A stretch of DNA of 61,782 nt, counting the filler, from Chiloscyllium plagiosum (Eukaryota): assembly GCF_004010195.1 (NCBI RefSeq). It is 6 parts of one record of this genome, joined end to end, with 100 filler letters (N's around TTAATTAATTAA, not from the genome) between each part and the next. Parts side by side here need not be neighbours in the genome. Positions count along the whole stretch, not along the records: positions 47,942 to 54,725 come from NC_057716.1; positions 54,826 to 61,782 come from NC_057716.1; 4 more parts are not named here. One strand, written 5' to 3'. How positions within the stretch are numbered: the stretch's first letter is position 1; each line of letters starts with the position of its first letter. Shown piece after piece: positions 51,095-61,782 of the stretch. The notes beneath the pieces are model-generated. The model did not search any database and was not told the DNA's origin. It saw only the letters and a list, made by a program, of their open reading frames with translations. The translations under genes and the position numbers were made by a program.

Positions 51095-52075
51095 CTGCAG
51101 AGAATCGTAAACACAGCTCAGTCCATCACATAGGCCAAACTTCCTTCCATTGACTCTGTCTATACAGGAAGTCCCAGGTTACATGTAGAACAGTAGTTCC
51201 GTTTTTTCCGCTGTTCATAAGCTGAATATGTGCGTAAGTCGTAACACAACACGGGCTAATTAGTCCGCCCATTCGTTAGGACAAAACATTGTAGGTAACT
51301 CAGATTTTTAAAAATAATATTTAAAAATAAGAAGCCAGAGGTCGGTTTGTAAGTACGGGACGTTCGTAAGTCGGGCATTCGTACTTCTTTACTTCTCATT
51401 ACCACAAAAGGTTCATAGGTTTATAAGATATAGGAGCAGAGTTAGGCCATTCGGCCCATCGGGTCTGCTCCACCATTCGATCATGGCTGATATGCTCCTC
51501 ACTCTCATTTTCCTGCCTTTTCTCCATATCCTTCAACCCATCACCAATTAAAAATCTGTCTAACTCCTCAAATTTACTCACTGTCCCATCATCACCGCAC
51601 TCTGGGATAGCGAATCCCACAAATTTACAACCCTTCTGGAGAAATAGTTTCTCCTGAACTCTGTTTTAAATTTGCTGCCCTTTATCCTAAGACTATAACC
51701 TCTCATATCCCAGAGTGCCCCACAAGAGGAAGCATCCGCTCCACGTCCACTTTATCCACACCTTTCATCATCTCAAATACCTCAGTTTGATCTCCTCTCA
51801 TTCTTCTCATGGCAGCAAACACCATCAAAGACCCCTCCCACACTGGCTATAATCTCTTCCAACCTCTTCCATCAGGCAGAAGATACAAAGTTTAAACACA
51901 CATACCAGGAGATTCAAGACCAACAGCTTCTCTGCTGTTATTAGACTTCTGAATGGACCTCTCAAATTTTAAATTTAATGGTGATCTCACCACTTGTGCA
52001 CTTCTCTGCAGCTGTAACATTGTATTCCTCGTTCTGATCTATTACCCTAATGCACTTTGCATGATATGATTGGCT
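51095..52075 (+). mobile_element. Rex1/Babar-like LINE 3' end interrupted by a Tigger-like fragment (~51165-51385) and a CR1 tail (~51410-51810)
   Basis: QRIVNTAQSIT...IKDPSHTGYNLFQPLPSGRRY motif split by TA|CAGGAAGTCCC and a minus-strand CR1 3' end. Confidence 0.6.
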
Positions 52076-52119
52076 GATGAGGATTGCAGGTAATCCAAGA
52101 TGGAGGACAAGAATAAGTT

Positions 52120-54725
52120 GTGGCTTTCGAGCTGCTCCTTTTTTGAGATAGCTTAGGTGTTGGAGGTGATTTCCTCGAATTCCAGGGGCAGTAATGACTG
52201 TTTTATAAGCGGTTCCATTGTTTTGGAACTTTGGGGAAAAAAAATCAAAACAAGGATACTTTAAAAAGGAGGAAGAGAACAAAGGCGGTCAGTGAGAGAG
52301 AGAGAGTGTGTGAGAGAGAGATATTCTGTAGATAGTTAAGGAGCAAAGATGGCCTTTAGTAGAGTGCTGACTCGTCCTGCCAGATGTGGGAGATTGGGTA
52401 AAATTTCCATGTTACAGATTATTATGTTTGCAGGAAGTGTCTTTGGTTGCAAATCCAATAATATTGCATGGATCAGTTGGAGCAGCAGTTAGAGGCAATA
52501 ACAAATTTACAGGAGCTGGGGGGAGGGGGGAGGTGTGATGGATGGCAGTTATAGGAAGGGAGAAAAGCTGTAGATAGAGTCAAGTACATGGGTTACCACC
52601 AGGAAAGGTAGGAGTGGGAGGCAGGTAATAGAGGAGTCTCCTGTGGCTATCCCCATTCAAACAAGTATGCTGTTTTGAAAAACATAGGGGGTAATGGACT
52701 CTCAGGGAATTGTAGCACAAACAGCCAAGTTTCTGGTACTGAGGTTGGCTCTGATGTAACGAGGGGTACATCAGGCACCAAGCGATCAATTGTGATAGGA
52801 GACTCTCTAGTCTGAGTCACAGACAGACATTTCCATGGCCGACAGTGAGAAATCATAATGGTGTGCTGCCTTCCTGGTACCAGGATCAAGGATATCTCGG
52901 AGAGAGTGCAGAATATTCTCAAAGGGAGAGGGACCAGTAGGATGTTGTTGTACACATTGGAATTAACAACATAGGAAGGGAAAAGGATGAGATTCTGAAG
53001 GAAAAATACAGTAAGTTAGGCAGGAATTTTAAAAGTATGTCTTCAAGGGTAGTAATATCTGGATTACTCCCAGTACTACAAGCAAGTGAAAGTAGGAATA
53101 GGACGATTGACAAGATGAATATGTGGCTGAGGAGCTGGTGTATGGAAGAAGGATTCACATTTTTAAATCATTAGAATCTCTTCTGGGATAGAAGTGACCT
53201 GTACAAGAAGGATGGATTGCACCTGAAATGGAAGGGGTTGAATATACTGGCAGGGAGATTTGCTAGAGCTGCTCAGGAGGATTTAAACTAGCAAGGTACA
53301 TTGGAGGGTGGGATCCAGGGAGATAGTAAGGAAAGAGATCAGTCTGAGACTGGTACAGTTGGGAAAGGGAGCCAGTCAAACAGTCAGGGCAGGCAGGAGC
53401 AATGCAGAGAAGGAGGTTGAATTAAACTGCATTTATTTCAATGCAAGGGGTCTAACAGGGAAGGCAGATGGATTCAGGGCATGGTTAGGAACATGGGACT
53501 AGGATATCACAGCAATTACAGAAACATGGCTCAGGGATGGACAGGACTGGCAGCTCAATGTTCCAGGATACAAATGCTACAGGAAGGATAGAAAGGGGGG
53601 TAAGAAAAGAGGGGGAATGGCATTTTTGAGAAGGGATAACATTAAGGCTGTACTTAGGGAAGATATTCTTGGGAATATGTCCGGGAAAGTTAGTTGGGTG
53701 GAACTGAGAAATAAGAAATGGATGATCACCTTATTGGGATTGTAGCATAGACCCCTTAATAGTCAGCAGGAAATTGAGAAACAAATTTTTAAGAGGATTC
53801 TGGATAATTCATGATGGAAGATGGGAAAAAATTCAGACTGCTCCCTTTTAAAGGTTTATTGGCTGTTGGAGGTGGTTTCCTCGAATTCCAGGAGCAGCAG
53901 TTACTGTTTTGTATGCAGGTGCATTGTTTTGGAACTTTGGAGAAAAAAAAGTCAAAACAATGGCACTTTTAAAAGAGAGAGGAACACACAAAGGCAGCAC
54001 ATGGTCAGGTCAGTGCAGGGGAGAGAGAGAGAAAGAAACCCACACTGCTAACTGACACAGCAATGAATCTGTGCAGTTACTGCCTGTGCTGTATGAATTC
54101 ATGTATCGCTGGACATTGGAGTGAGTCTGGGAAAATTAACAAACAGTGAATTCACAACTGATCTTGGAAGAACCTGTTTGGGAGAGGTCACAGCATAAAA
54201 CAGATGAGTGAATAGTTTTAAGTGTAGCCTTGCTGTAAGTCTGCAGTAGTGAGTAGAGTGGGTTCTTTCTTGATTATATGTTTTATTGAGATATGTCTCT
54301 TGATTAGACGTAAAAATATAAGCCATAAGTATTAAGTTAGGGGGACTCTCTAGTCTGAGGTGCAGACAGATGTTTCTGTGGCCAGCAGTGAAATATCAGA
54401 CTGGCGTGTTGCTTCCCTGGTGCCAGGATCAAGGATGTCTCTGAGAGGGTGTAGAATGTTCTCACAGGGGAGAGGGGCCAGCAGGAGGCCGTTGTCCACA
54501 TTGGAACCAACGACATAGGAAGGGAAAAGGTTGAGATTCTGAAGGGAGATTACAGCGAGTTAGGCAGAAATTTAAAAAGGAGGTCCTCGAGAGTAGTAAT
54601 ATCTGGGTTACTCCCAGTGCTACGAGTTAGTGTGGGCAGGAATAGGAGGATAGAGCAGATGAATGCATGGCTGAGGAGCTGGTGTATGGGAGAAGGATTC
54701 ACACTTTTGGATCATTGGAATCTCT
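52120..54725 (+). mobile_element. Two tandem CR1 5' regions (5' UTR, ORF1 zinc finger + SGNH esterase, start of ORF2)
   Basis: SCQMWE, YVCRKC, VIGDSLV, HIG(I/T)N(N/D)IGR, DGLHL, LNCIYFNARG, AITETWL; second copy starts near 53830. Confidence 0.85.
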
Positions 54726-56719
54726 NNNNNNNNNNNNNNNNNNNNNNNNNNNNNNNNNNNNNNNNNNNNTTAATTAATTAANNNNNNNNNNNNNNNNNNN
54801 NNNNNNNNNNNNNNNNNNNNNNNNNCCCTGCCCCCCCCCAGTGCCACCCCCTCGAAAAAGGCTTTCATTCTGACGTAACGCTCAGCCTGTCTGGTGTGAA
54901 ACGCTGACTGTGCCTTCTCTCCTTCCCGCATGCTGCCAGACCTGCTGAGTTTCTCCAGCACTCTCTGTTTGTGTTCTCGGAAACTGGAGCTCGGGCCGGT
55001 GCTGTGTCCGGTGTCTGCGGTGTCCCGGGACATGGCAACTATCCTGCTCTTCCCACGTGGAACGGACTGCGCACCAGTTGAGACTGAGATGCCCTGCGTT
55101 GCTTGTATTTATTAAACAGAGCAATACTCGAAAAACGCAGCCGCTCAGAGCCTGAAATTGCTCCTGCCTTGAGCCCTGTTAATGATGTGCACGGTTTCAA
55201 AATCTCAGAACTGCTGCTGAAGGAGGCCATTCAGCCCATTGTACCTGCACTGGCCTGTCATCATTACCCCCATGCTAGCTCCCTGCTTCCCCCCCACCAA
55301 TAGCCTAGCTCGTTATGTCTATCCAAATAATCGACCAGTCTGTGCTTCCCATTCTGTCCAGGAGCAAATACAGTTTTTTTAATAATCATTCACAGGATGA
55401 GGATATCACTGGGTAGACCCCTGATTGTTAGGGTCCATTGCTGTAGGCCTGGAGTCACATGTAGAGCTGACCGGGTAAGGATGGCAGTTTCTTTCCCTAA
55501 AGGACAGTTGGGAATTCCCAACAGTCGGTTCATGGTCAACATTATACTCTGAATTGCAGATTTTTAAATCAAATTCAAATTCCGCTACCTGCAGAATGTG
55601 ACCCCGGTTCCCCAGGACATTAACTGGGGCCCTGGATTAACAGTCTGGTGATAATATCACTCGGCCACCAGCTCGCCCTGGCTTATCATCCATGCTCGGG
55701 TTACAGTCTCTGAGGGATAAATACCGTCCGGGATACTGGGGCGGAGTCCCACGCTCTCCATCAGGGTAGCACGATGCGGTGTTTCACAAGTGGGAAACGC
55801 AGGTTCACTTTCCGGTCTTATCGGCGCCTCCGACTGTGCGGCACTCCCTCGGCGTCGCACTGAAATGCCAACCAGGTATTCCGCACGGAGCAGGCTGTAT
55901 CCTTACTTGGAGATGGAGAGCCGCCAGGGGCAGAGCTAGCAATGGCAGACTCACCCTGCTGTGAGGGAGCATCCAGGGAATATCTAACCTTCCCACGTGG
56001 CCGAGGACTGCGTCCGGTTATTACTACCTCGCATTTGTGTGCCGTGAGTTGATTCCGTGGGGAGAGAATCTGAGCTGTGTGGTTGGAGGAGCGTGTGAAG
56101 GAGTCGGGAGTTATTTTACCCCCTTACCTGTCACAGGAGCCCTCTGGGCTGGGCTGAGGCAGTGCTTTCTGGGAGCAGATTGGGGGCCCTGGCACACTTG
56201 GAAATCTCGGAGAGAGCCTCAACCAACCACGAGATTCAAGGTGACTTTGTCAATGGAAAGATCAAACAAATGTAAACCAGTCGAGATGAAAAGTGAGAGC
56301 AAATGGGTGTTGACGTGAAACTGTTTCTTTCTAAGTGCTCCCTAAATTCTTGGAGCTGTTTGTTGAAACGAATCACTGTCAGCCATCTTTCCCCTGCTTG
56401 TAAATCTGTGTCGAGGCATGTCGGATGTGCTTCTCGAATGCTTTCTGACAGGGTCTAGGGGTGGGGGGGTGTGTGCGATCATCATTGCTTGTAGTCTCAG
56501 AGTCAGCTCATTAACCGTTCCTGTAATTCTGCCATTTCCTGTAGCCGGGGAGCCGAGCAATCAGTGTTTACAAATCACTATGTTTGGGCAGGGAGTGAGC
56601 GAGAGGCAATTATACAAGCAGATACTGCACCTTCAATTTGCACAGCATGTTTTGTCTTTTACTCTCTGCGACTGCAGCCTTTTTGAAAGAACACTAGAGA
56701 GTAAATTGCAATTAACGTA

Positions 56720-56820
56720 GAGTTCTGAAGAAAGGTCATGGGACCCGAAACGGTAACTCTGCTTTCTCTCTACTGATGATGCCAGACCTGCTGAGTTTCT
56801 CCAGCAATTTTGGTTCTTGT
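56720..56820 (+). mobile_element. Short PLE-terminus fragment with hammerhead-like core
   Basis: CTGAAGA-AAGGTC-ATGG-GACCC-GAAAC at 56725-56751 followed by GATGCCAGACCTGCTGAGTTTCTCCAGCA. Related pieces near 8890, 10000, 45835 and 54850. Confidence 0.6.
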
Positions 56821-56857
56821 TTGAGAAATTAGATGTCACTATGTTAGAACGATCTGA

Positions 56858-56859
<2 letters not shown>

Positions 56860-56893
<34 letters not shown>

Positions 56894-57340
56894 CTTTGGT
56901 CTTTCATAGCTCTTCCCTTTCCCTTCCCTCTCACTTATGTTCCTCTCTTCTCTTCATTTCTGGCCGTACCCTCAGTTTCTCCTCTTTCTCCATCTCTCTC
57001 TCCCTCCTCCTTCTCCCACACCTCTCGTTCTCCTCTTTCTCCATCTCTCTCTCCCTCCTCCTCCTCCCACACCTCTCGTTCTCCTCTTTCTCCATCCCTC
57101 CTCCTCCTTCCACACCTGTCACTCACACTCTATCCCTTTCTCCCCCACCTCTCACTCTGTGATCTCCTACCTGGCCAATCTCCTCCCTTTCTCTCTATCC
57201 TTCTTATCTCTCCCCCTCCTTCCCTTCACTATCCCTCTCTCCACTCCCTTTTTCCATCCTCTCCATTCTCCACTCTTTCCGGTCCCCATCTCCATCTCTT
57301 TCTCTCTCTCTCACTCACACTCCCTCTTCTCTCTGCACAC
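56860..57340. repeat. Polypyrimidine tract with (TC)n and a short tandem duplication
   Basis: Directly visible. Confidence 0.85.
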
Positions 57341-59054
57341 AATCAGAGAATGGTTATACCATGGAAGGAGACCATTCAGCCCATTGTATTGTGCCAGTCT
57401 CTGCAAGCGTAGTGCAGCTAGTTCCTCTTTATCTCTTTTTCTCTCTCTGTACCCCCTGGTTTTGAAATAGCTGTTCTGATACTTCCTGGGATACCGTCCC
57501 ACCAAATGTGGCTTTTCTTTCACTCATCGTTCAAGTGATCCAGCCTTCAAAAGACCTCTGCATCAAAGGTTAGGTGATGATTTGGTGAAATGGAGGGAAT
57601 GAAGGGAGGAATAGGCGGGGAAAATAAAATGCCTAATTAATGAGGAGGTGCTACCTCCGAAAAACCCCCTGTTGATGGCAGTCGGGAAGCGAAGGCACTT
57701 CATGTCTGTCGAACCTTTTGCACCCTCAGCCCGCCTGTGGTGTCGTACAGCTGAGAGGATTTTACTTCAGAATGCAGCCACTGTGGTGGTGTGGGGATTG
57801 TGGAAGCCATTTTATGCACAGCAAGAGTCCCCCCTCACGCGCACACAGACAAAGACAGACGCGCGCACACACACACACACTGATCATATTTCTCACTCAT
57901 TGTTGGTCGAGGAGTAAATACCTGCCTGGGGACTGGGTAGAGTTTCTCTGCTCTTTTCCTGAAAGCGCGGCAATGGGGTTATTTACGTTCACCTGGGAAG
58001 GGGAACTGGGAACTCTGCTTTCTTGCCCTGTTCCCATTTAAAAAGGAACGGCCCCTTGGACAATGCAGCACACCCTCAGTCCTGCACTGGAAGGGCCCTG
58101 CTGCATCTCCAGGTTGGGACCTAAGCGCGCGCACACAAACTGTAACTCTGAGGTGACTGTGCGAGCTGTTAGGAGTAGGAATACTTGGAGCTATTAGGTA
58201 ACACAGAATGGTCAATACAGACTCTTTCTGGTCCAGAGGAGGATGTACCACAGCACTCTCACAGGGTCCAAGCGTAATGGATTGAAAAATTATAATCTTG
58301 TGGAAGACAGTAGATTCTTTTGCATTTTGTATCCACATTGGATGCTTCTCCATCACCCCAGCCCCTGTTTTTCACCCTCTCGCCAAGAACCCAAGCCATG
58401 GCCTGATGTTATTTGGAGCATTTTCGATAATTTGCCTTGTTTGAAGAGGTCTGTCTTTAATCCTACAGAAGAACAAGAGCTTTCCCCCTGTCTCAGACCA
58501 AATACCTACCTCGCAGATAATCTCGCTTGAAACAAAAAGCAGAATCTGGCCATATGTTGGTTATGGGAGCTTGCTGTGCACACTTTGGCTGCTGTGATTT
58601 CTGCACCGCTGCAGGGCCTTCACTGGAGGTCAAGTGCTTTGGGTGGGGGGGGTGGGCCATGAGATTGTTAGGCAAATACAAGCCAGCCTCCAGTGGAAGG
58701 TAGCCAGCAGTAAGCTGGTTGTTATATGTGCGGGGAGACCCGACAGGCTCTCAGACAGCAACACCTCGAAGCAGGCACCCGAGGGCCACATGGGAGGTCG
58801 CTACCAGTTGGCTGGAGTTAACCGAGCTGGTATCCCAGTGCAGAGAGCTCCGTGTGTGTGTTATCACCTTCAAACAGGGCGTATGTTTGCTGGAGGGGGA
58901 GGAGGTAGAGGTCTGACACTGGGAGCTGCTGCTGTTTGATACGAGAGAGCAAGTACAGGCAGCACATGGTTAAGGATGTGAGGAGAGGGGCTTGGCTTTT
59001 GAAGTAGGAAGTGTGAAGGTTAATTCGAAGGGATGAGGGGATGGTCGTTATGGT

Positions 59055-59320
59055 ATCTGTGTGTGTATCTGTGTTTGTGTGTGCGCGTGTGTGTTGTCTC
59101 TGTGTGAGTGTGTGTGTGTGTATATCTGTGTGAGGGTGTGTGTCTCTGTGTGCATCTCTGACTGTGTGTCTGTGTGTCTGCTTATGTCTGTGCATGTGTC
59201 TCTGTCTGTGTGCATCTCTGACTGTGTGTGAGTCTCTGTGTGCGTGTCTCTGTGCATGTCTGCGTGTGTGTGTGTGTGTGCGTGTCTGTGTCTGTGTGTA
59301 TCTGTCTCTATGGGTGTGTG
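59055..59320. repeat. (TG)n-rich degenerate microsatellite
   Basis: Directly visible. Confidence 0.9.
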
Positions 59321-59539
59321 CCCGAACTTCGCGAAGGGGGGGAGATTACTGAGAGAGGTTTGAAGCCAGATTGACTGCAAATCGCTCCAAAGAATTCAGT
59401 CTGGGAACAGATGCAGAAACGGAGAGGGAAGGTATTCCTAATTGTCAGTGGGACTGTGGCCAAGTTGTTAGCAGAACATTGGCTCAGTCTGCTGCCTTTC
59501 TGCTGAGTGCGTTGTGTGTGAATAGAAGCCCAGCTCTGT

Positions 59540-59660
59540 TTGAAACTCATTAACCTTGTCCCGGGAACGCCAAGCACAGGGAGCCAATGACGAGCGGCCT
59601 CCCAACGAGAGTGATCCAGCCCCACCTCCCGGCTCTCGCTGTGGTTTTTATAGTGTGAAT
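59540..59660 (+). promoter_or_regulatory. Candidate COL18A1 internal (P2-type) promoter
   Basis: CCAAT at 59584-59588, TATA-like TTTTATAG near 59646-59653 and HNF1-like AAACTCATTAAC near 59543-59554, upstream of the ATG at 59763. Confidence 0.4.
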
Positions 59661-59762
59661 GGGGCGCGGGGGAGCGGGTGTGTTCAGTGCGGGACACGTT
59701 TGGTACTAACACCAGCTCTCTCAGCACAGCCAGTACAGTGCGGCTCGCCTTCACAGACTGCA

Positions 59763-61392
59763 ATGAGTACAGCAGCAACGCTTGTGCTGCTCTGCCTGAT
59801 CTGGGGAGCTCTCCCCCAGGCCCGCTGCTGGTTAAACTGGTTCGGGGCCAAGAAGCCGACCACGACGGTGCCCACCATCACGACCCGACAGGTCACCTCT
59901 ACCTCCGAGGGGCGTCCGCCCAGAGCCCAGCATGGAGCGGACGTCACAGGGACCACTCCGATCACCAACGAGCAGTGGGTGGGAAAGCCGGAGGGAGAGG
60001 AAGTGACCACTCGGCTCAGCGATGCCCACAAGGGGCCAGGGGGGAGCAACCCTGTCACGGGGGCACTCAACGCGACGGAGGGTGCCTGGGACGGCGCGTT
60101 GAATTCCACGGTCCAAGCGGGGACGCTGCTAGTAGCGTCCACCCTGGTGGCGGGAGAAGCTTCCGGAACAGCGACCCCGGCTCCAGCCCTCACTGTGGCT
60201 TCCACACCACCGGGGCCTACCGCGACCGGCGGAGGTCAGACGGAGCGTTTGGTGACAGCTGTCGGGCCTGCAGGTCGGGCCTTGTCCACGGAGGAGGCAT
60301 CGTCATTGGCGTCGTCTTCCTCGGAATCCTCCTCTCCTTCGCTCAATGCCTCCCTGTCCTACACCACCTCGCCCTCCGCCCTGGCGACTCCTCACCGCCC
60401 GGACTCGGACTCAGTCAACGTTACCACAGCCGCCCCCTCCTCCAAGCCGTCCTGCGGCCCCCACTGTCCAGGTAGCGCCCTAGGGACAGCGGTGCAGCCT
60501 GCTAACCGGCAGTCGGCTAATCTGACGGGCGACGGGTCGCCGGAGGGCGGGCAGTTTGGCTCGGGCACCGCGTCCAGGTTCCGGGAAGATGGCTGGGAGG
60601 CGACGGCAGGAGACGGCTTGGCTGCTGCTGGAGGAAGCCCGTGGACAGACCATCGAGTGCATGAAGCCTCCAGCTCGTCACCGCTGAGAGCTGGGCCTTT
60701 GATTAATCAGCTATCCCATGATGCTGTAGGAGGTGGCCACAAAATGGTGACCGGGAAGGGTGGGAACCGGAGTGACGGCCAATCACCTCTCAGCGCTCCG
60801 AGCGCCAGTGATCACTCTAAGCATGATGGGATAGTACTGGATAATTCAAGCCGTGCTATTATGCTGGTGTTTAATCAGAATGTGACTAATGGTGTGCTGG
60901 GTGCCCTTGCTGCTACTGCTGCTGCTGCTGCTGCTGCCGCTGACCTCGGAGCTAAGCTAGATTTACTAACCTCCACTAAGGCTTCTGATCCAGATTTCCG
61001 GAAGGCCGTGCCAGGCTCTGGAGCCCCTTTGCCCCCCAACTGCGCCCCTCTGCCACCCTCTCTGAGGTTCTGCCACCCACTAGGCCGTGGGGGCGTCCGG
61101 CTCCCGAACCACCTGCATCAGGCCAGCGTGGCGGAGATCCAGGAGGCGGCGCAGAGCTGGGGGGCTCTCCTGGCTTCCGGCTGCCACCCTGGCCTGGTGC
61201 CGTTCCTCTGCCGCCTGCTGGCACCGAGGTGCGGACCCCCCCGGCAGCGGGAGGCGCCTTGCCGCGGGCACTGCGAGGCCGTGCAGGACCATTGCTGGAT
61301 GGAGCTGGCGGGCAGTGGCCTGCAGCTGCCCTGCCACCTCCTCCCCGATGCCGAAGAGGGGCGTGGGTGCCAATCTCTCATGGTCGGCAGAG
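59763..61392 (+). CDS. COL18A1: Collagen XVIII alpha-1, long/medium-isoform first coding exon (signal peptide, S/T/P-rich region, frizzled CRD)
   Basis: MSTAATLVLLCLIWGALPQARC|WLNWF signal peptide; mucin-like region; 10-Cys frizzled domain at 61041-61370 (CAPLPPSLRFC...LPNHL...CHPG...FLCRLLAPRC...PCRGHCE...C...LPC...C); phase-1 donor AG|GTAAAC at 61393. Confidence 0.9.
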
Positions 61393-61782
61393 GTAAACAA
61401 ACACAAAAAAAACCCCACCACGCCCTCCTCCCCACTTCAGCCGGTGCAGTGGGACTCTGACGTGAGACACAAAGGTACCTTATCAGTCTTATCGTGGAAC
61501 GAGCGCGTGTTGAGGTGTTTTAATGTCTCGACAGCAACCTGCATTCACGTAGCACCTTTTAGATGGCAAAATGCCCTGAGCTGCTACTGAGGCGCATTTG
61601 TTTTGGGGGCACATGGTCTGTCTACAAACCTGGTCCATGGGGTGGGTTTTAAGCCGTGTGACGGAGAGTGGAGCAAGGCGGACGGGTTGGGGTGGTGGTG
61701 CTGCTGCCTTTGGTATTCTGTGGCCAGGCAGTGCAGCAGTCAGTGGTTATAGGGGTGGTGGAGGGGGAGAGGGGGGCATGGG

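Noticed and set aside
59556..59762. N-terminal 69 codons of the 634-aa ORF
   Set aside because: Non-ATG start; the ATG at 59763 directly begins a signal peptide.
59678..61590. Overlapping alternative-frame and antisense ORFs in the COL18A1 exon
   Set aside because: Expected shadows of GC-rich coding sequence.

Overview
Repeat-rich vertebrate genomic DNA, most likely a shark (cartilaginous fish), inferred from HE1/V-SINEs, Deu-domain SacSINE-like SINEs, abundant CR1 LINEs and Penelope-like elements. It is a scaffold with two 500-N gaps and five artificial 100-nt N44-TTAATTAATTAA-N44 joins, so adjacency across gaps is not guaranteed. Host genes seen: TRAF3IP1/IFT54 exon 1 with a CpG-island promoter and RFX X-box (minus, ~7.2-7.5 kb); three well-supported and one probable internal exons of a hyccin-2 (FAM126B/HYCC2)-like gene that the ORF track mostly misses (minus, 20.7-23.5 kb); a decayed C2H2 zinc-finger gene (~37 kb); and the large signal peptide + mucin-like + frizzled-domain exon of collagen XVIII (plus, 59.8-61.4 kb). 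The most notable mobile DNA is a complete-ended but internally deleted HERV-I/HERVIP-like endogenous retrovirus (30340-32618; tRNA-Pro PBS, 4-bp TSD, gag-MA joined to env), three short fold-back Penelope-derived insertions whose inversion apex lies at a hammerhead-ribozyme motif, a gypsy fragment with Gmr1-like domain order, and a MULE-like MITE. All homology calls are by eye and from memory of the families; no searches were run.
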